From the NCBI GenBank assembly GCA_049606035.1, contig JBMYVD010000001.1:34244-98243 (forward strand): a stretch of 64,000 nucleotides of DNA, in the 5' to 3' direction. The stretch comes from Candidatus Poseidoniaceae archaeon. Lineage in GTDB: Archaea; Thermoplasmatota; Poseidoniia; Poseidoniales; Poseidoniaceae. The position numbers and the translations under genes were made by a program. Shown one piece after another: positions 29,179-45,910 of the stretch (the first letter of the stretch is position 1; every line of letters begins with the position of its first letter). The notes below the pieces were generated by a model, which did not search any database, was not told the DNA's origin, and worked only from the letters and a program-made list of their open reading frames with translations.

Positions 29179-31227
29179 ATGATGTCAGAAGAGATTTGGG
29201 TAATTATCTCATTTCTCGTGTTCATGCTCTTATTTGCTGGAGTGGGAATGGCTAGTATCCGTGTAAAGAAGGATACAACTGACGATTATTTGGTAGCAGG
29301 TAGAGGAATGCACCCTGCTTTGGCAGCACTATCAGCGGTTTCAACATGGAACTCTGGTTACATGTTCATCGGATTTATTGGATTCATGTGGCTGATGGGG
29401 TATTCAGCAATTTGGATTTCTGTAATATCTACTATCGGCCAATTGGTTGCATGGATATGGCTATACAAATATATTCAGAAAGAAGGCAATGAGCGAAATA
29501 TTCGCTCGCTTTCATCATTAGTAGCTAACGTGAAAGGCGCACCCGAAGCGAAAATGGCTGCAATTTGTTCTGTCGCATTTTTGCTAATTTACGCTGGTGC
29601 TCAACTTTCAAGCGGAGGTAAGGCTCTCTTTGCAATGCTTGGCTGGGCAGAATGGGTTGGAATCATAATCGGATTCGTCCTTGTCGTAGCATACTGTTAC
29701 GCTGGTGGAATTCGTGCATCTATTTGGACAGACGCAGCCCAATCTTGTGTAATGATCGTCGGCTCAACACTGCTCTGCTACGTTGCTTTATCTGAAGTTG
29801 GATGGTTCTCAGGACTTCATTCATCACTTAACGGCATAGACCCTGCATTAACTTCGATAACCCCTCCAGATTTAGAACTAGGATTCAGCATGTGGGTTTT
29901 CGCTTTCTTTCTAGGAGGATTAGGAGTCGCCGGTCAACCACAGGTTGTTTCGAGAATTATGACTCTGGAATCTGAAGAAGACCGCAAGCAAGCATGCATC
30001 TGGTTCTTCGTGTGGCAAACACCTTTCTTAGCACTGATGATCTTCATCGGCCTAGCTTCTAGGGTAATCTTCCCTGAGTCTGGAAGTTTCGACCCAGAAC
30101 TTGCACTACCGCTCCTCGCCATGGACGTTTTAGGTCCGTTTTGGGTTGGTCTGATTCTTGCTTCAATTTTCGCTGCAACTATGTCTACCGCTGACTCTCA
30201 AGTTCTAGCATGCACTGCTGCAATTACCGATGATTTATTCCCCGAGTGGTCAACAAATCACAAGAAAACCAAGATCACGACTATGGTTATGGCATTCGTT
30301 GCAACGTGCCTATCGCTAGGTGCATACTTTACTGGCAACAACTCTGTCTTCTCTCTTGTAGTCCTAGCAGTTTATGGCCTAGGAGGAATGTTCATTCCGC
30401 TAATTATCGTTAGAATGTCAGGATTCAAACCATCGACTCAGCACTCTATGGTCATGATGACTGCAGCACTTGTTGCAGTGATTACATGGAGATTACTAGG
30501 TTTGAATGTACACATATTCGAATCCGTTCCAGGAATGGGTGCCGCATTCATTGCTCATTTTGTCATGGTTCTACAAAACCAAGACCCGTGGCTACAAAAA
30601 CTACCATCAAGGGATAAGTTAGCGACGTTGGGAGTTGGTATATTGGTCTTGATTATTCCAGTCGAATACTACTATGCAAACAATGCACCAACTTCGATGG
30701 CTTCATCATCTCCAGACCCAGACTCAATGTGGAACCTTTCGGTTGAATTTGACTATTCTTACGCTGAAACAACAATAGAAATTGATGATCAATCTTCTGA
30801 TACTTTCACTTTCGAAATTCCTGCTAATGTGGTTCAAGCCATTTTCGTGCTCAATTATACTGAAACCAACGAAGGTGGAGTCCCCACCACCCAAGAATGT
30901 GATAGTGTAGATTCACTTTATGACGCGTCAAAAGTGCCAGTAGAATTTACTGAATCCAATCTTGTGAATTTCTCCGGACAAGACTGTGGCAGTAATGCCC
31001 TTGGAGGAGTCAGCACTTGGAGTGGGTTCTCACAAACAGATTCCTATCAAAATCAAACCAATGCTCTAAACGCATTAACAATTGAAAAGAATGATGGGCA
31101 AATCTCGTTTACAGTAAGCGTAGAAGCGAACACTGGCAGTTTCTTAAATGGTGATGGAGGCGAAGAAATTACGATTTCAGTAACCTATACCACAGTTACC
31201 GATTACAATCTAACCAAGGCTGAATGA
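29179..31227 (+). CDS. putP: Sodium/proline symporter (SSS family) with C-terminal extracellular domain
   Basis: DDYLVAGR, SGYMFIG, GGIRASIWTD, GQPQVVSR, AATMSTADSQ. Confidence 0.85.
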   Translation: MMSEEIWVIISFLVFMLLFAGVGMASIRVKKDTTDDYLVAGRGMHPALAALSAVSTWNSGYMFIGFIGFMWLMGYSAIWISVISTIGQLVAWIWLYKYIQKEGNERNIRSLSSLVANVKGAPEAKMAAICSVAFLLIYAGAQLSSGGKALFAMLGWAEWVGIIIGFVLVVAYCYAGGIRASIWTDAAQSCVMIVGSTLLCYVALSEVGWFSGLHSSLNGIDPALTSITPPDLELGFSMWVFAFFLGGLGVAGQPQVVSRIMTLESEEDRKQACIWFFVWQTPFLALMIFIGLASRVIFPESGSFDPELALPLLAMDVLGPFWVGLILASIFAATMSTADSQVLACTAAITDDLFPEWSTNHKKTKITTMVMAFVATCLSLGAYFTGNNSVFSLVVLAVYGLGGMFIPLIIVRMSGFKPSTQHSMVMMTAALVAVITWRLLGLNVHIFESVPGMGAAFIAHFVMVLQNQDPWLQKLPSRDKLATLGVGILVLIIPVEYYYANNAPTSMASSSPDPDSMWNLSVEFDYSYAETTIEIDDQSSDTFTFEIPANVVQAIFVLNYTETNEGGVPTTQECDSVDSLYDASKVPVEFTESNLVNFSGQDCGSNALGGVSTWSGFSQTDSYQNQTNALNALTIEKNDGQISFTVSVEANTGSFLNGDGGEEITISVTYTTVTDYNLTKAE

Positions 31228-32013
31228 CATACCTTCTTTGCCAACCTTCCAACCTAATTCGGTTACTGGCGTATCATCTCTACACAGTGGGTTTGTGTGG
31301 TTTAAGTGGATGAATACTACTTCGCCATCACCTTCTCTACGCTCACCTAACATCTGTAGAGTTTGCTCAACGGGAGGATGTGGAACTTTACTCTGGTCAC
31401 GATGTTTGAGTTCATCTGCACTGTAGAATGTACCATCTATGAGTGCAATATCTACCTCTAAATGGTTCAACCACGCTCTCAAATCATGACCTCGTAGTGT
31501 TTCTTGCCATGTATCATGGTCAGGTAAGAATAGCAGAGTTTTCTCTGCCTTGATTAGATATGCATGCATATCAGATAACTCATCTCTGTGAGGGACTTCG
31601 ATTGCTTCAACAATTACTCCAGGTAATTGATACACACTTGCCACTCTAGGGATGAAAACTCCATCCGAGAGTAAAGTGGACCAGTGGGGTGTTCTCTCGA
31701 TTAGATCGAGCATCATCTTTGAGCAATACAAATTGACGCCTTTGGCTGCCATGGTTTCTTTCCCAAACAAACCCAAACCGTCGACGTGACCAATGTGGGC
31801 ATGAGTAAGGAAAACTGATTCCACTGAATTACAGCCCCAAATTCTCAGTTGATCACCAAGATGGCGGGTCGCTTCGAAGAGATGTTTACCACCTTCTGCA
31901 TCTGTTAAACCGATTGATACCGGATACCTCTGTTCAAGGTCTGAACAGCAATCACAACCCACCTGAGGAACTCCTCCATCTTGAGCAGAACCCAAGAGAG
32001 TGACTTCCACCAC
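31210..32013 (-). CDS. PqqB-like metallo-beta-lactamase fold hydrolase
   Basis: LLGSAQDGGVPQVGC.CC, THAHIGH, VPHRDE.SD, DGTFY, HLNHTNP; no other pqq genes nearby. Confidence 0.85.
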   Translation of the reverse strand: MVEVTLLGSAQDGGVPQVGCDCCSDLEQRYPVSIGLTDAEGGKHLFEATRHLGDQLRIWGCNSVESVFLTHAHIGHVDGLGLFGKETMAAKGVNLYCSKMMLDLIERTPHWSTLLSDGVFIPRVASVYQLPGVIVEAIEVPHRDELSDMHAYLIKAEKTLLFLPDHDTWQETLRGHDLRAWLNHLEVDIALIDGTFYSADELKHRDQSKVPHPPVEQTLQMLGERREGDGEVVFIHLNHTNPLCRDDTPVTELGWKVGKEGMSFSLG

Positions 32014-32024
32014 GAAGACCAACC

Positions 32025-35000
32025 TCAGATCCGGCGAACCCATTGACGGGTCGTTGGGTCTCGAGTATACCAAGCACCGCTTGAAGCAGGGTACTCCAAC
32101 CACTCATTTCCATCGCTTCGAATCGAGCCAACCTCGTACATTGTTGGCCCTGTCGGTGCAGCAGGTTGAGGCATAACAGCCTGATTACCTGGTAGCATTG
32201 CAGGGTCTGGAGAAGCCGCTTGCACAACAGGTTGAACACTTGGTTGCTGATATTGTGAATAATCAGGCTGAGCATTCATGTTTGGCATAGCAGGTTGGGC
32301 GTACATGTTAGGCATGGCTGGTTGGGCATTCATGTTAGGCATAGCAGGTTGAGATACTGCTCCTGCCAAGTTGATACCAGCGTCCCAATCCTTATCCTCT
32401 CCCTTTCCTCTTACCCTTGAGATAACCAAAGCGAGGACAATCAATGCTAGAATAACGCCGACAGATATGCCTCCGTATTTGAGAATACTTCCACTCGATT
32501 CTTCGATTACAGCTTCACAGCCGTTTTCCTTTGCAACGCCAGCAATCTCGGGGCATTCATCAGCATTCTTACCAACCGGGTTATCTCCAAATCCGTCCAT
32601 ATCTGTATCATTCCATTGACTGGATTCTTCAGGGAATGCATCAATAATATCGGCCCAGCCATCGTTATCTGTATCTACACATCCAAGAACATCTCCTTTG
32701 AATGAGAATCCTGTTTCATCAGGGCATGAATCTGGACTTGTTCCATCAGGGTTGTCTCCATATCCATCGCTGTCACTGTCTGCCCACTGAGTTGGGTCAA
32801 TCGGTTTCCAATCTGTACCCACTTCTGGGTCACCCCAACCGTCTCCATCATAGTCCGGGCAACCAACAACATCGATTGTTGAGTTTCCGTTTACAAGAGG
32901 ACAGTCATCATTTCCGTCTGCGATTCCGTCTTTATCTGTGTCAAGATATTCATCTGGATCCGAAGGGAATGCATCCATAAAGTCAGCCCAGCCATCACTA
33001 TCGCTGTCTGGACATCCGAGGATATCTTCTTGCCATGAGTCTCCTGGCAATGTTGGACATGCATCTTGATCTCTTGCGTACTGATAGTATTCACCGGGCC
33101 AGTTTTCATTTCTTTCAGTCCAAGAAAGGTTTCCGTAATTATCACCAAAACCGTCTTCATCCCAATCTGACCATTGTGTATTATCTGTTGGGAAAGCATC
33201 CGCACCGTCTTCTATTGTCCAATCATCATCTGCAGCGGAATATCCATCATTATCTGTATCTGGGCAGCCATACCTATCCAATACAGATGTTCCTGGAATA
33301 GAGATACAATCATCAGGAGTATTCCCCTCAGGGTTGTCACCATATCCATCCCCGTCTTCATCACTCCATTGAGTAGAATCTGCGGGAAGGTCATCGATGG
33401 AATCGGCCCAACCGTCACCATCGCCATCAGGACATGCCAAAAGACCACCCAGTGTTGAGTTTCCTGACTCTTGTGGGCATGAGTCCTCTAGGTCAGCATA
33501 TCCATCACTATCTGAATCAACACATCCTGTGTATGAACCTAGGTCGGAAGTACCTGCAACCTTGTTACAATCGTCTTCTGCATCGTTAAATCCATCTCCA
33601 TCATCATCTGAATCTTCATCGGCGTCTCTACAACCATCGCCATCGATATCATTTGATGAATCTGAAGTCCACCAATTTCTTGGAGGGGTGTACGAACTTA
33701 GGCAACCGTCATCTTCATCTTCAACTCCGTCATTGTCATCATCGGTATCTTCGCTTGAATCTTTGCAACCATCATTGTCGAAATCTGTGGTTGAATCGCT
33801 AGTCCAATTCCATGCACCACCTCTCGGGCAATCATCACCTGAGTTGTCAGTTATTCCATCATTATCATCGTCATTGTCACACTCATCGCCTGCTCCATCC
33901 AAATCTGAATCTGTTTGAAGTGGATTATTGGTGTTAGGGCAATTATCCTCAATGTCGATAACACCGTCGTTATCTGAATCCGCGTTGTTTATAGGGTCAA
34001 GGGACCAAATAACCAAATCCAATCCTGCACTGCTAGTTACAGATTGTGTTCCTTTGTTAATTGTTGATTGGAACGAGCCAAAGGCATACGGAATGTCGGT
34101 ATCATTGACCGTTAGGTCAGCAAAGAGGTCATCGGCTGTACTTCCTAAGTTTTCGACCCAATCCCAATCACCATTTGCAGTTAATTTAGCCATGTAGAGG
34201 TCAAGTCCACCATTAGATGTTGCATAATTAACTCCGAAATCTGCAGAACCTGATATTAATCCTCCCACCATTATGTCATCGTTTGAGGTTACTTCAACAG
34301 CATATGCTCTTTCTGTAGAGGCGCTACTACCTGCACTCACAGCCCAATCTGTTTGACCGTTGTTTGCAACTTTAACAACATAAGCGTCGCCATTACCCTT
34401 GTCTGTTAGTGTGTTTTGATTACCTGCATCCATCGAACCAAGGAACACACCACTGACGATTATATCGTCATTAGAGTTGATAGTGATATCTTCAGGGAGG
34501 TTGATCTCTCCTGCAGCGCCAACAAACCCTTTGACACTTTGAACCACTCCGCCCTGACTCCACTTCACTAGGATTGTGTCAGCCTGACTAAGAGCTTGAT
34601 GCGTTTTCCCATTTGCTGAAAATGTACCAGATGTTGTTCCTGTTTGCCAGATGTTACCGTATGAATCAACTACAACTCCTGATGAACGGTCATCACCGAT
34701 TCCACCCGCAGTAGAGACTGAGTTTGTTGTTCCAGAATTTGTATTAAAAATTCCCATAAACATCTCATTATCTGAACTAGTATGAGTTATTCCACCAAAA
34801 TCTGTTGGTCCTTGATGCGTCCCAACTACGACTAAATTTCCTGAAATTGGGTCAAAATCAATACCCGTAACAATGCTATTGTTGGAATCATTATTGGTTG
34901 CAGTACTGAATGAAGTTGCCCACAACCATTGGCCACTGGCGTCGAGTTTTGCTATGAAACCATCAAAATTTTGAGATTGTAATACTGGTGAATTTGATGA

Positions 35001-35444
35001 TGAGCCAAAGACTACCTGACCGAATACCGTTCCGCCAATGTAGATATCTCCGGCCAAATCGGTTGTCATGTCATTTATCAAGGTCAAGCCTTGAGTGGCA
35101 GAAGGCATTACTGCCCATTGCCAATTCCCTTGCTCATCAACCATAGCGACATATGAATCAGCATCCAAAAATTGGTTGTAACCTGATGTTGCTTGTAACT
35201 GAATTCCACCAAAATTTAGATTGTTTCTTGTATCACCTGCAACGACTATCCCTTGAGGGGTCCATTCAATCTCTGACCCATTTACGTGGCCTGTAGCTGA
35301 ACCTGCAGAAATGAGTAATTCTGGTTCAGAATCAGCAAAAAGCACTTTGTTAGATTCAGAAAGTTCACTGTAATCGGAAACCGCAAATATGCTGCTTAGG
35401 AAAATTGCTACTATCATCACGGATATGAAGCCACGCTTGCCCAT
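32025..35444 (-). CDS. Large surface protein: beta-propeller plus thrombospondin type-3 Ca-binding repeats, TM anchor, Pro/Gln-rich cytoplasmic tail
   Basis: Signal peptide, W-W propeller repeats, many DxDxDG/D.CP/DAFP..QW motifs, TM, tail. Confidence 0.85.
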   Translation of the reverse strand: MGKRGFISVMIVAIFLSSIFAVSDYSELSESNKVLFADSEPELLISAGSATGHVNGSEIEWTPQGIVVAGDTRNNLNFGGIQLQATSGYNQFLDADSYVAMVDEQGNWQWAVMPSATQGLTLINDMTTDLAGDIYIGGTVFGQVVFGSSSNSPVLQSQNFDGFIAKLDASGQWLWATSFSTATNNDSNNSIVTGIDFDPISGNLVVVGTHQGPTDFGGITHTSSDNEMFMGIFNTNSGTTNSVSTAGGIGDDRSSGVVVDSYGNIWQTGTTSGTFSANGKTHQALSQADTILVKWSQGGVVQSVKGFVGAAGEINLPEDITINSNDDIIVSGVFLGSMDAGNQNTLTDKGNGDAYVVKVANNGQTDWAVSAGSSASTERAYAVEVTSNDDIMVGGLISGSADFGVNYATSNGGLDLYMAKLTANGDWDWVENLGSTADDLFADLTVNDTDIPYAFGSFQSTINKGTQSVTSSAGLDLVIWSLDPINNADSDNDGVIDIEDNCPNTNNPLQTDSDLDGAGDECDNDDDNDGITDNSGDDCPRGGAWNWTSDSTTDFDNDGCKDSSEDTDDDNDGVEDEDDGCLSSYTPPRNWWTSDSSNDIDGDGCRDADEDSDDDGDGFNDAEDDCNKVAGTSDLGSYTGCVDSDSDGYADLEDSCPQESGNSTLGGLLACPDGDGDGWADSIDDLPADSTQWSDEDGDGYGDNPEGNTPDDCISIPGTSVLDRYGCPDTDNDGYSAADDDWTIEDGADAFPTDNTQWSDWDEDGFGDNYGNLSWTERNENWPGEYYQYARDQDACPTLPGDSWQEDILGCPDSDSDGWADFMDAFPSDPDEYLDTDKDGIADGNDDCPLVNGNSTIDVVGCPDYDGDGWGDPEVGTDWKPIDPTQWADSDSDGYGDNPDGTSPDSCPDETGFSFKGDVLGCVDTDNDGWADIIDAFPEESSQWNDTDMDGFGDNPVGKNADECPEIAGVAKENGCEAVIEESSGSILKYGGISVGVILALIVLALVISRVRGKGEDKDWDAGINLAGAVSQPAMPNMNAQPAMPNMYAQPAMPNMNAQPDYSQYQQPSVQPVVQAASPDPAMLPGNQAVMPQPAAPTGPTMYEVGSIRSDGNEWLEYPASSGAWYTRDPTTRQWVRRI
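32266..32351 (-). repeat. 27-bp in-frame tandem repeat x3 (QPAMPNMxA)
   Basis: Protein reads [30 protein letters not shown] copies differ mainly at synonymous sites. Confidence 0.85.
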
Positions 35445-35481
35445 GGTTTCCCCTCATCTGTAAAGGTGATGAATGCTTTGC

Positions 35482-36366
35482 TTATCGGTTCAAATGAAGG
35501 GTCGATGAAACTCCGTCAAAAATCCAGTAATTACCGCTTATGTCTTGGCCTTTATGCGCAGGAATTAACACTTCATGAGTGTCGATTTTTTGTGAACTAG
35601 AATCAAATTTCCACCAATGTAGTAAGTCACCCATTCCTTCAGAATGTGGTCGTCTTTGTGAAAGGATTTCTGAGAAATCGGGATTTTCAACAATTTCCAA
35701 GATTTCCTGATTTAGCATTGGTGAGCGTTCTAATATCTCTACTGATTCTAGAATATGGAAACCTCCGCAGTTCAATAACCAACATTCTATTTCTTCAATT
35801 GCTGGCCCTTTTAACAAACCTGTGACCTTGTGTAGTTTTGCAGGTATCAGAACTGGTTTTGCCATCGAAATATCAAGACCCTTCGATTCGAGGATTGAAA
35901 AATCATTCATCGGTTTCAAGACGAACGGACCGTGGCCTGAGAACATGTCGATTTCTTCCTCTTCAACATTCTCTGTTTCTTCTTCAATTATACTCAATCT
36001 CCCGTCAATCACGGCATGACCAATGAATGCAGCAAAATCGTCCAATTGCCATAATTTCAGCAATCTACCAGTTCTTGAAGGTAGATCAATGAGGTCAAAG
36101 TTGACCTTTCTTTCAGCAATCACAAGATGGCTTCCTCTTGGGGCGTCAAATAGCCATGATTCCACTCCAGCTATGTCAAGGGGTGCAAAACCCTGACCAG
36201 TAGTCCACAATTCCATGCCTTCGCTTAGTCCTAGGTTATGCTGTTCGGGCGAGACGTCGTAGACTCTTCCAAGCCAAGTAATTACACCTGGTTCCGTAAC
36301 CGGTGGTGAGCCTGCATCAATGCTGACGCCCAAGCGTCTCAGAACAGCGACTAGATCGAGGCCCAC
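35482..36366 (-). CDS. Conserved hypothetical protein
   Basis: 294-aa ORF co-oriented directly downstream of rpl30e; no motif recognised. Confidence 0.65.
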   Translation of the reverse strand: MGLDLVAVLRRLGVSIDAGSPPVTEPGVITWLGRVYDVSPEQHNLGLSEGMELWTTGQGFAPLDIAGVESWLFDAPRGSHLVIAERKVNFDLIDLPSRTGRLLKLWQLDDFAAFIGHAVIDGRLSIIEEETENVEEEEIDMFSGHGPFVLKPMNDFSILESKGLDISMAKPVLIPAKLHKVTGLLKGPAIEEIECWLLNCGGFHILESVEILERSPMLNQEILEIVENPDFSEILSQRRPHSEGMGDLLHWWKFDSSSQKIDTHEVLIPAHKGQDISGNYWIFDGVSSTLHLNR

Positions 36367-36395
36367 AGCCGGACTAGATTGAAGCCGTCTTTAAT

Positions 36396-36695
36396 TCACT
36401 CTATGTTTCCACTCAATGTTAGCAAGTCGGATTCACCTGCATCGATGACTGTAATAGTCGAGATGCTGAATGGCTTTCCGGATGCCACACCAAGGTCTCT
36501 GTTAACCAAAACGGTGCGATGCATTGTTACTTCAGGGTGTTTTGCTGCCAAGTCGTCAATGTAATCTTGAGGGCAGTTTGCCGCCAGAATTACGCACTTT
36601 GCTTCTCCTCTTGCACATGCATCGATTGCTTGGCGTTGTCCAAACAATAGTTTTCCAGATGTACTTGCAATCTTTAGTTGTCTACTTATATCCAT
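36396..36695 (-). CDS. rpl30e: 50S ribosomal protein L30e
   Basis: SGKLLFG, VILAANCP, LGVASGKPF, DAGESD; follows rpoA2. Confidence 0.95.
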   Translation of the reverse strand: MDISRQLKIASTSGKLLFGQRQAIDACARGEAKCVILAANCPQDYIDDLAAKHPEVTMHRTVLVNRDLGVASGKPFSISTITVIDAGESDLLTLSGNIE

Positions 36696-36734
36696 TTTTC
36701 ATTCCTCCACATTTTTGCTTCTCAATGTTGACTT

Positions 36735-41499
<4,765 letters not shown>

Positions 41500-41503
<4 letters not shown>

Positions 41504-44500
41504 CTGCGGTCCTCCAGTTCTAGGCGCATTGCAACTCCGAGACTCTTCATCTCGTCAAGTAGCAACTTGAATGCGTATGAGGTTTGTACCTTGTACACCT
41601 CCGCTCCGTCGCCGTGTATCGGCGACACGTATGTTCTTCGTTTTGGATCGTACCAAGCAATGTGTCCAGATTGGGCACATACGAATAGGTCGATTCCGTC
41701 AGATTCGTCAAGGAGTCTGTCCTTGATAACCATTGAAGCACCGTGTGCAATCAGACAATCACGCTCCATTTCTCCGAATCTCAGACCACCTTGTCGAGCA
41801 CGTCCTTCTGTCGGCTGACGGGTTAGAATCTGTACACGACCACGGCTTCTTGCGTGGATCTTTCCAGATACCATGTGGTGTAGCTTCTGGTAGTAGATAC
41901 AACCAACGAAGATTTCAGCTGGGTATGTTTCTCCTGTTTCTCCATTGACCATGACTTCTCTACCAGTGTGTGCATATCCATTGCGAACAAGGCTGTCACG
42001 CAGGCTGCCTTCCTTTTCTCCTCTGAAAGCAGTACCATCGATTCTTCGTCCTTCGAGAGAACCGACTTTTCCTCCAATCATTTCCAGAACGTGAGCAACT
42101 GTCATTCTTGAAGGAATAGCGTGTGGGTTGATGATTAGGTCAGGAACTACACCGTCACGAGTGAACGGCATATCTTCAGCATCAACTAGGCGACCGATGA
42201 CTCCCTTCTGTCCGTGGCGAGATGCGAATTTGTCTCCAACTTCGGGGACCTTGTGTGATCTAACCATACATCTAACCAGTCTACCAGAGTCTAGAGACTC
42301 AGTGACATAGACGTTGTCGACCCATCCCTTTTCACCATGTCGAACTGGCATGGATGATTCACGGCGTTCTTGTGCTTGCAGGAAAGCACCTGCACCAGTT
42401 TCCTCCAAGAATCTTGGAGGGCTTGTCTTACCGACGAGTACATCTCCACCTTCGAGGTATTTCTCAGGATGAGGTAGACCGTCAGATTCCAAGTGGTCAT
42501 ATGCTCCAACAGGCTTCAATCCCTTGACTTCTTCTAGACCTGTACCTGGAATTTCAATTTCTTCTACTTGTCCACCAGGGAATCTTCTGCGCTCTGCGTT
42601 GTAGGTTCTGTTGAAAGTAGAGCGCCCAAGTGCACGCTGTACACTGGAGCGATTCATGATTACAGCGTCTTGCATGTTGTAGCCGTGAAGGCTCATGACG
42701 GCAACGATGAAGTTCTGACCACCAGGCCTGCTGTCGAACTTTGTAGTGTCCATTGCCTGTGTGTAGGTGATGGAGCGCTGTGGGTAGTGCAAGATGTGCA
42801 ATCTTGTATCAGGTCTTAGCCTGTAGTTTGAACTTGGCAAACCAAGTGATTGCTTTACCATTGCAGTACCACCGGTAACACGTGGCGTTGAGTTGTGTTC
42901 CGGGTATGGAATCAATGAAGCACATACACCTAGTACGAGTTGTGGGTCAATCTCACAGTGAGTGTGTTCTTGAGTGTACAGTAGTGGTACGTTGAAGATT
43001 GCGTCAGCCTTCTCTCCGTTTGGCATTGTAACTCTGGCTTGCAGGTTAGCTTCCTCAGCACCTGGCTCACCAAGATTTAACCATGTTACTGCAGAGTGAC
43101 TTACTGGTCTGCCAGCGTATTCGTTTCCTTCAGGAACTACTTCAGGAAGAACGAACGGCCTTGGAGCGATGTAAAGGTCTTCTTCTTCTTCGGCATCGAT
43201 CCACTCAACAACACCTTCGTTGACCAGGTCCTTGAATGTCAGTTCTCCCGAACTTACCATTTCCAAGTGCTTTTGAGTTAATCTTGGTGCACCATCGTAT
43301 AGAATCAATACTGGACGTAGGATTCTTCCCTTGTCGGTATTGATGAATATGTCTTTGTTGACATTGTCGTATCTGATGGATACTTCAGGTCTGATTGCCC
43401 CGCGTCTTCGAGCATTCTTGAATTGAGTAACCAAATTCTTTCCACGCTTGTGTACACCATAGATGTCACCGTTCACGTGAATCCTGTCACCATCTGTCCA
43501 GTCATCTGGTTGGAATACATCCATTTCGTCAAGGCGAGTTCTGATTTCATCCTCGGGAACAGCTTCAGAGATGTCAATCATCTGTGCAGCGTTCTTTACA
43601 AGACCACAGTTCTGACCTTCAGGGGTCTCGTTTGGACATAGACGACCCCATTGAGTGGGGTGCAGGTCACGTGCTTCGAAGTGAGGCTGGCTGCGAACTA
43701 GCGGGCTCGTAACACGGCGCATGTGAGATAGTGCAGAAAGGAAGGTTGTCCTATCCAACAACTGGCTAACACCAGATCTTCCACCGACCCAGTTGCCGGT
43801 CGCAAGAGCGTGCATGATTTTGCTTGTCAAAACGTCAGGTCTCAAACAAGATGTGATCTTTAGTTCACGCTTTCTGTTGTGGTGCCTCTCAAGTTGGTAC
43901 TTCAGGTCACGTGCAAGTTGCCCCATGGATACACGGAACAAATCTTCAACAAGGTCGCCAGCAAGGCGAACACGCTTGTTTGCGTAGTGGTCCTTGTCGT
44001 TTGGCTTCCTGCTTGTGATTGCCATCTCCAATACCTGGCGTACAATTCTTCCAAGGAAGATTGCTTTCTTCTTTCTATCCTCGACTTGATCGCCCAAGTG
44101 AGGTAGAAGTTCACGGTCTAGGAGTTGGTTAACTCTAGCTTCACGATATTCTTTCTGCTGGCCTGCAGCGAATTTCTTCTCTAACCAGCCGTGTGCTTCA
44201 TCCATTGAATCAACAGCGTATTCTTCGTTGTCTTTCACTTCGTTAATGTTAGCAACGATGAATTTGAAAGTCTCCGTTGGACCTGCAATCGCTTGGAACA
44301 GTTCCTGGTCATTCTCGATTCCAAGTGCGCGCATTAGTAATACTACAGGAATTGCAGTTGTACCAGCGGTACTAATCTTGACCATCAGCATACCGTCACG
44401 GCGCTTCTCGACTGTTAGCGGCTTTCTCATACCGTCCTTTTGTGAGAAAATCTTTGCAACCTCGGTCTTCTTTGCGTATCTCTTGTTGATTTCAACAGTA

Positions 44501-45111
44501 ACACGGTTAGGAGCAAGGTCTTCCATAGAGATTAGTACTCTCTCAGTACCGTTGATGATGAAATAGCCTCCAGGGTCTAGTGGGTCTTCGCCCTTTTGGC
44601 GAAGCAACTCTTCCCACATCTTTCTGTCTTCATCGGAGGTTGTTGGGTGTAGCACACGGTCACCTGCGATGTGATTTGCGTGCAAATTACATCTGCGGCT
44701 GCGAACCATGATTGGCATGTTTCCAACCTGAACTCCTTTTTCTGGTTGTGTCGGCACACCATTTCTGAATATTGTGAAATCCATCTTTACTGGAGACATG
44801 TATGTCAACTTGCGTAGGCGGCATTCCATTGGCTGTGAAGGGTGGTCACTTCCATCAGCTTCACGGATAGTTGGCTCGCCAAGTTGAATGTTCTTGACGC
44901 GGATGATTATGTCTTGGTCGATTACGTCGAGTTTGATTAAACCGCCCTTGTCGTCTTCGACTTCTTCATCGGTACCGACTCTGATACTTCTAACGATTTT
45001 CTCCATTCGAGACAGGGAATTGTCACCAGACGGGATACAGTCATCGTATGATGCTAGTTGGTGGTTAACTAGGCTTCTTTCTCGGAAAAATGATTCAATA
45101 ATCTCTTTCAT
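41500..45111 (-). CDS. rpoB: RNA polymerase subunit Rpo2 (B), unsplit
   Basis: GGYFIINGTERV, ETPEGQNCGL, GDKFASRHGQKG, GGLRFGEMERD. Confidence 0.98.
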
Positions 45112-45125
45112 GGTATCACCTCAGC

Positions 45126-45746
45126 TCAGTTGCCCTCCACGATTAGTCTGTAAGCAACCGAAACACCAGCGGATGGTGAAGGTCTTACTACCTTGAGAAC
45201 ACGGTCTGCAAGCCATCCTGCGGGTAGAGGAATGTGCTCTTCATCGTCTGTTGACGCTGAGTCATGTGCTCTTTCAGTGGTTTCCTTAATCACTTGAACA
45301 ACTGGATCGGTAATCAGAATCTTTGGAAGAAGTTCCTTAGCAAGCCTTGACTCACCGGTTTCTGAATCGGTTGTCAATAGACCCCAAGGAGCGAGTTCTT
45401 CTTCCTCACTCTCAACTGGTACTAGTTCCTGGTGAGGTACAAGAACGTGGTTCAGAACGTTGAACTTGGTACCTGCCAAGTCCATGTCATCGTCATCGAG
45501 TGCTTTTCTTGAAATAGTGATTTTTCGGCTTCTTCGCTTCTGTCTGCGCTGACCTAGTTCTGCAAGGGCATTCATTGCGCCGGTGAAAATTTCATCGTCT
45601 TTTGAGACACCGAGAACTGACGCAATCTCGTCGGCCGGCATGGCCTTGATATCTGTCATGTTTCGGTCTGTTGCAAGTTTGTGAGCATATTCTTCTGCTA
45701 TGCCCATTTCCATCAAACGCTTCTTAGTTGCCGACTTTACTACCAA
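45126..45746 (-). CDS. rpoH: RNA polymerase subunit Rpo5 (H) with N-terminal extension and insertions
   Basis: HVLVPHQE, LPKILITDPVV, RPSPSAG...YRLIV; first gene of the rpoH-B-A1-A2 cluster; TTG start after GGGGTG. Confidence 0.9.
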   Translation of the reverse strand: MVVKSATKKRLMEMGIAEEYAHKLATDRNMTDIKAMPADEIASVLGVSKDDEIFTGAMNALAELGQRRQKRRSRKITISRKALDDDDMDLAGTKFNVLNHVLVPHQELVPVESEEEELAPWGLLTTDSETGESRLAKELLPKILITDPVVQVIKETTERAHDSASTDDEEHIPLPAGWLADRVLKVVRPSPSAGVSVAYRLIVEGN

Positions 45747-45797
45747 AAAAAACACACCCCGCTTTGCCCTAATACACCAGGCCGGTATCTTGTCAGG

Positions 45798-45871
45798 CGG
45801 GCCTGACGGGGTTCGAACCCGCGACCGTCCGGTTAAAAGCCGGACGCTCTACCTGACTAAGCTACAGGCCC
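45798..45871 (-). tRNA. tRNA-Lys (anticodon UUU), no intron
   Basis: Reverse complement GGGCCTGTAGCTTAGTCAGGTAGAGCGTCCGGCTTTTAACCGGACGGTCGCGGGTTCGAACCCCGTCAGGCCCG: acceptor stem GGGCCTG/CAGGCCC, anticodon loop CTTTTAA, T-loop TTCGAAC. Confidence 0.96.
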
Positions 45872-45910
45872 AAATGTATGTGTTGGGCTTCTTGGCCGAC
45901 CTGTATGGGG

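Noticed and set aside
31210..32013. PQQ biosynthesis cluster
   Set aside because: Only a stand-alone PqqB-like hydrolase; no pqqA/C/D/E
32480..33990. Possible CRISPR or DNA repeat array (recurrent tcatc/ccatc words)
   Set aside because: Explained by Asp/Gly-rich TSP3 coding repeats; no identical repeats with unique spacers
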